From contig VXWH01000042.1 in NCBI GenBank assembly GCA_009836025.1, forward strand, positions 1 to 54,982: a DNA stretch of 54,982 bases, read 5' to 3'. Position 1 is the first letter of the stretch. Every line of letters starts with the position of its first letter. This document shows, in pieces, positions 54,931 through 54,982 of this stretch. The stretch comes from Synechococcus sp. SB0668_bin_13 (lineage in GTDB: Bacteria > Cyanobacteriota > Cyanobacteriia > PCC-6307 > Cyanobiaceae). A program made the position numbers and the translations under genes. A model generated the notes under the pieces. It made no database searches, was not told where the DNA came from, and saw only the letters and a program-made list of their open reading frames with translations.

Positions 54931-54982
54931 CCCCAGTTCTGGATAAGGTCAGGAGGAGCATGGGATGGTCTCCACAGAGTCA
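54931..54982. mobile_element. IS terminal sequence interrupting the groEL fragment
   Basis: ccccagttctggataaggtcagg begins where groEL homology ends; also present at 42865. Confidence 0.75.

Overview
GC-rich chromosomal window from a picocyanobacterium (Synechococcus/Cyanobium radiation). Gene content, IS debris and an autotransporter-like surface protein are compatible with a host-associated lineage such as the sponge symbiont 'Ca. Synechococcus spongiarum'; this is an inference, not a proven assignment. Most of the window is core genome: pheA, rnhB, rne, a radical SAM gene, dapL, clpS, dnaJ, murBC, gap2, thiL, efp, accB, pdxA, mutY, trpS, mntCAB, psbA, ruvA, rpsO, dnaE, sigF, bioA, tRNA-Glu, sasA, atpDC and groESL with K-box and CIRCE. 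Accessory elements: (i) a decayed IS5 at the left edge; (ii) a psbA-ruvA islet with a NalP/SphB1-like lipoprotein subtilase whose ATG is put out of frame by a C11 tract, whose catalytic triad looks ablated and whose passenger is AT-rich, plus a hendecad-repeat membrane protein; (iii) a 221-bp protein-less IS200/IS605 mini-element keeping both transposon ends and a TnpB omegaRNA-like scaffold; (iv) a CpcD-domain + linker + TM protein next to tRNA-Glu; (v) an integrase-less islet with a Zalpha-like wHTH-TM gene and a type II C5 restriction-modification pair, bracketed by a 673-bp direct duplication of groEL that is cut by an IS end. Related IS-end sequences occur at two other breakpoints.
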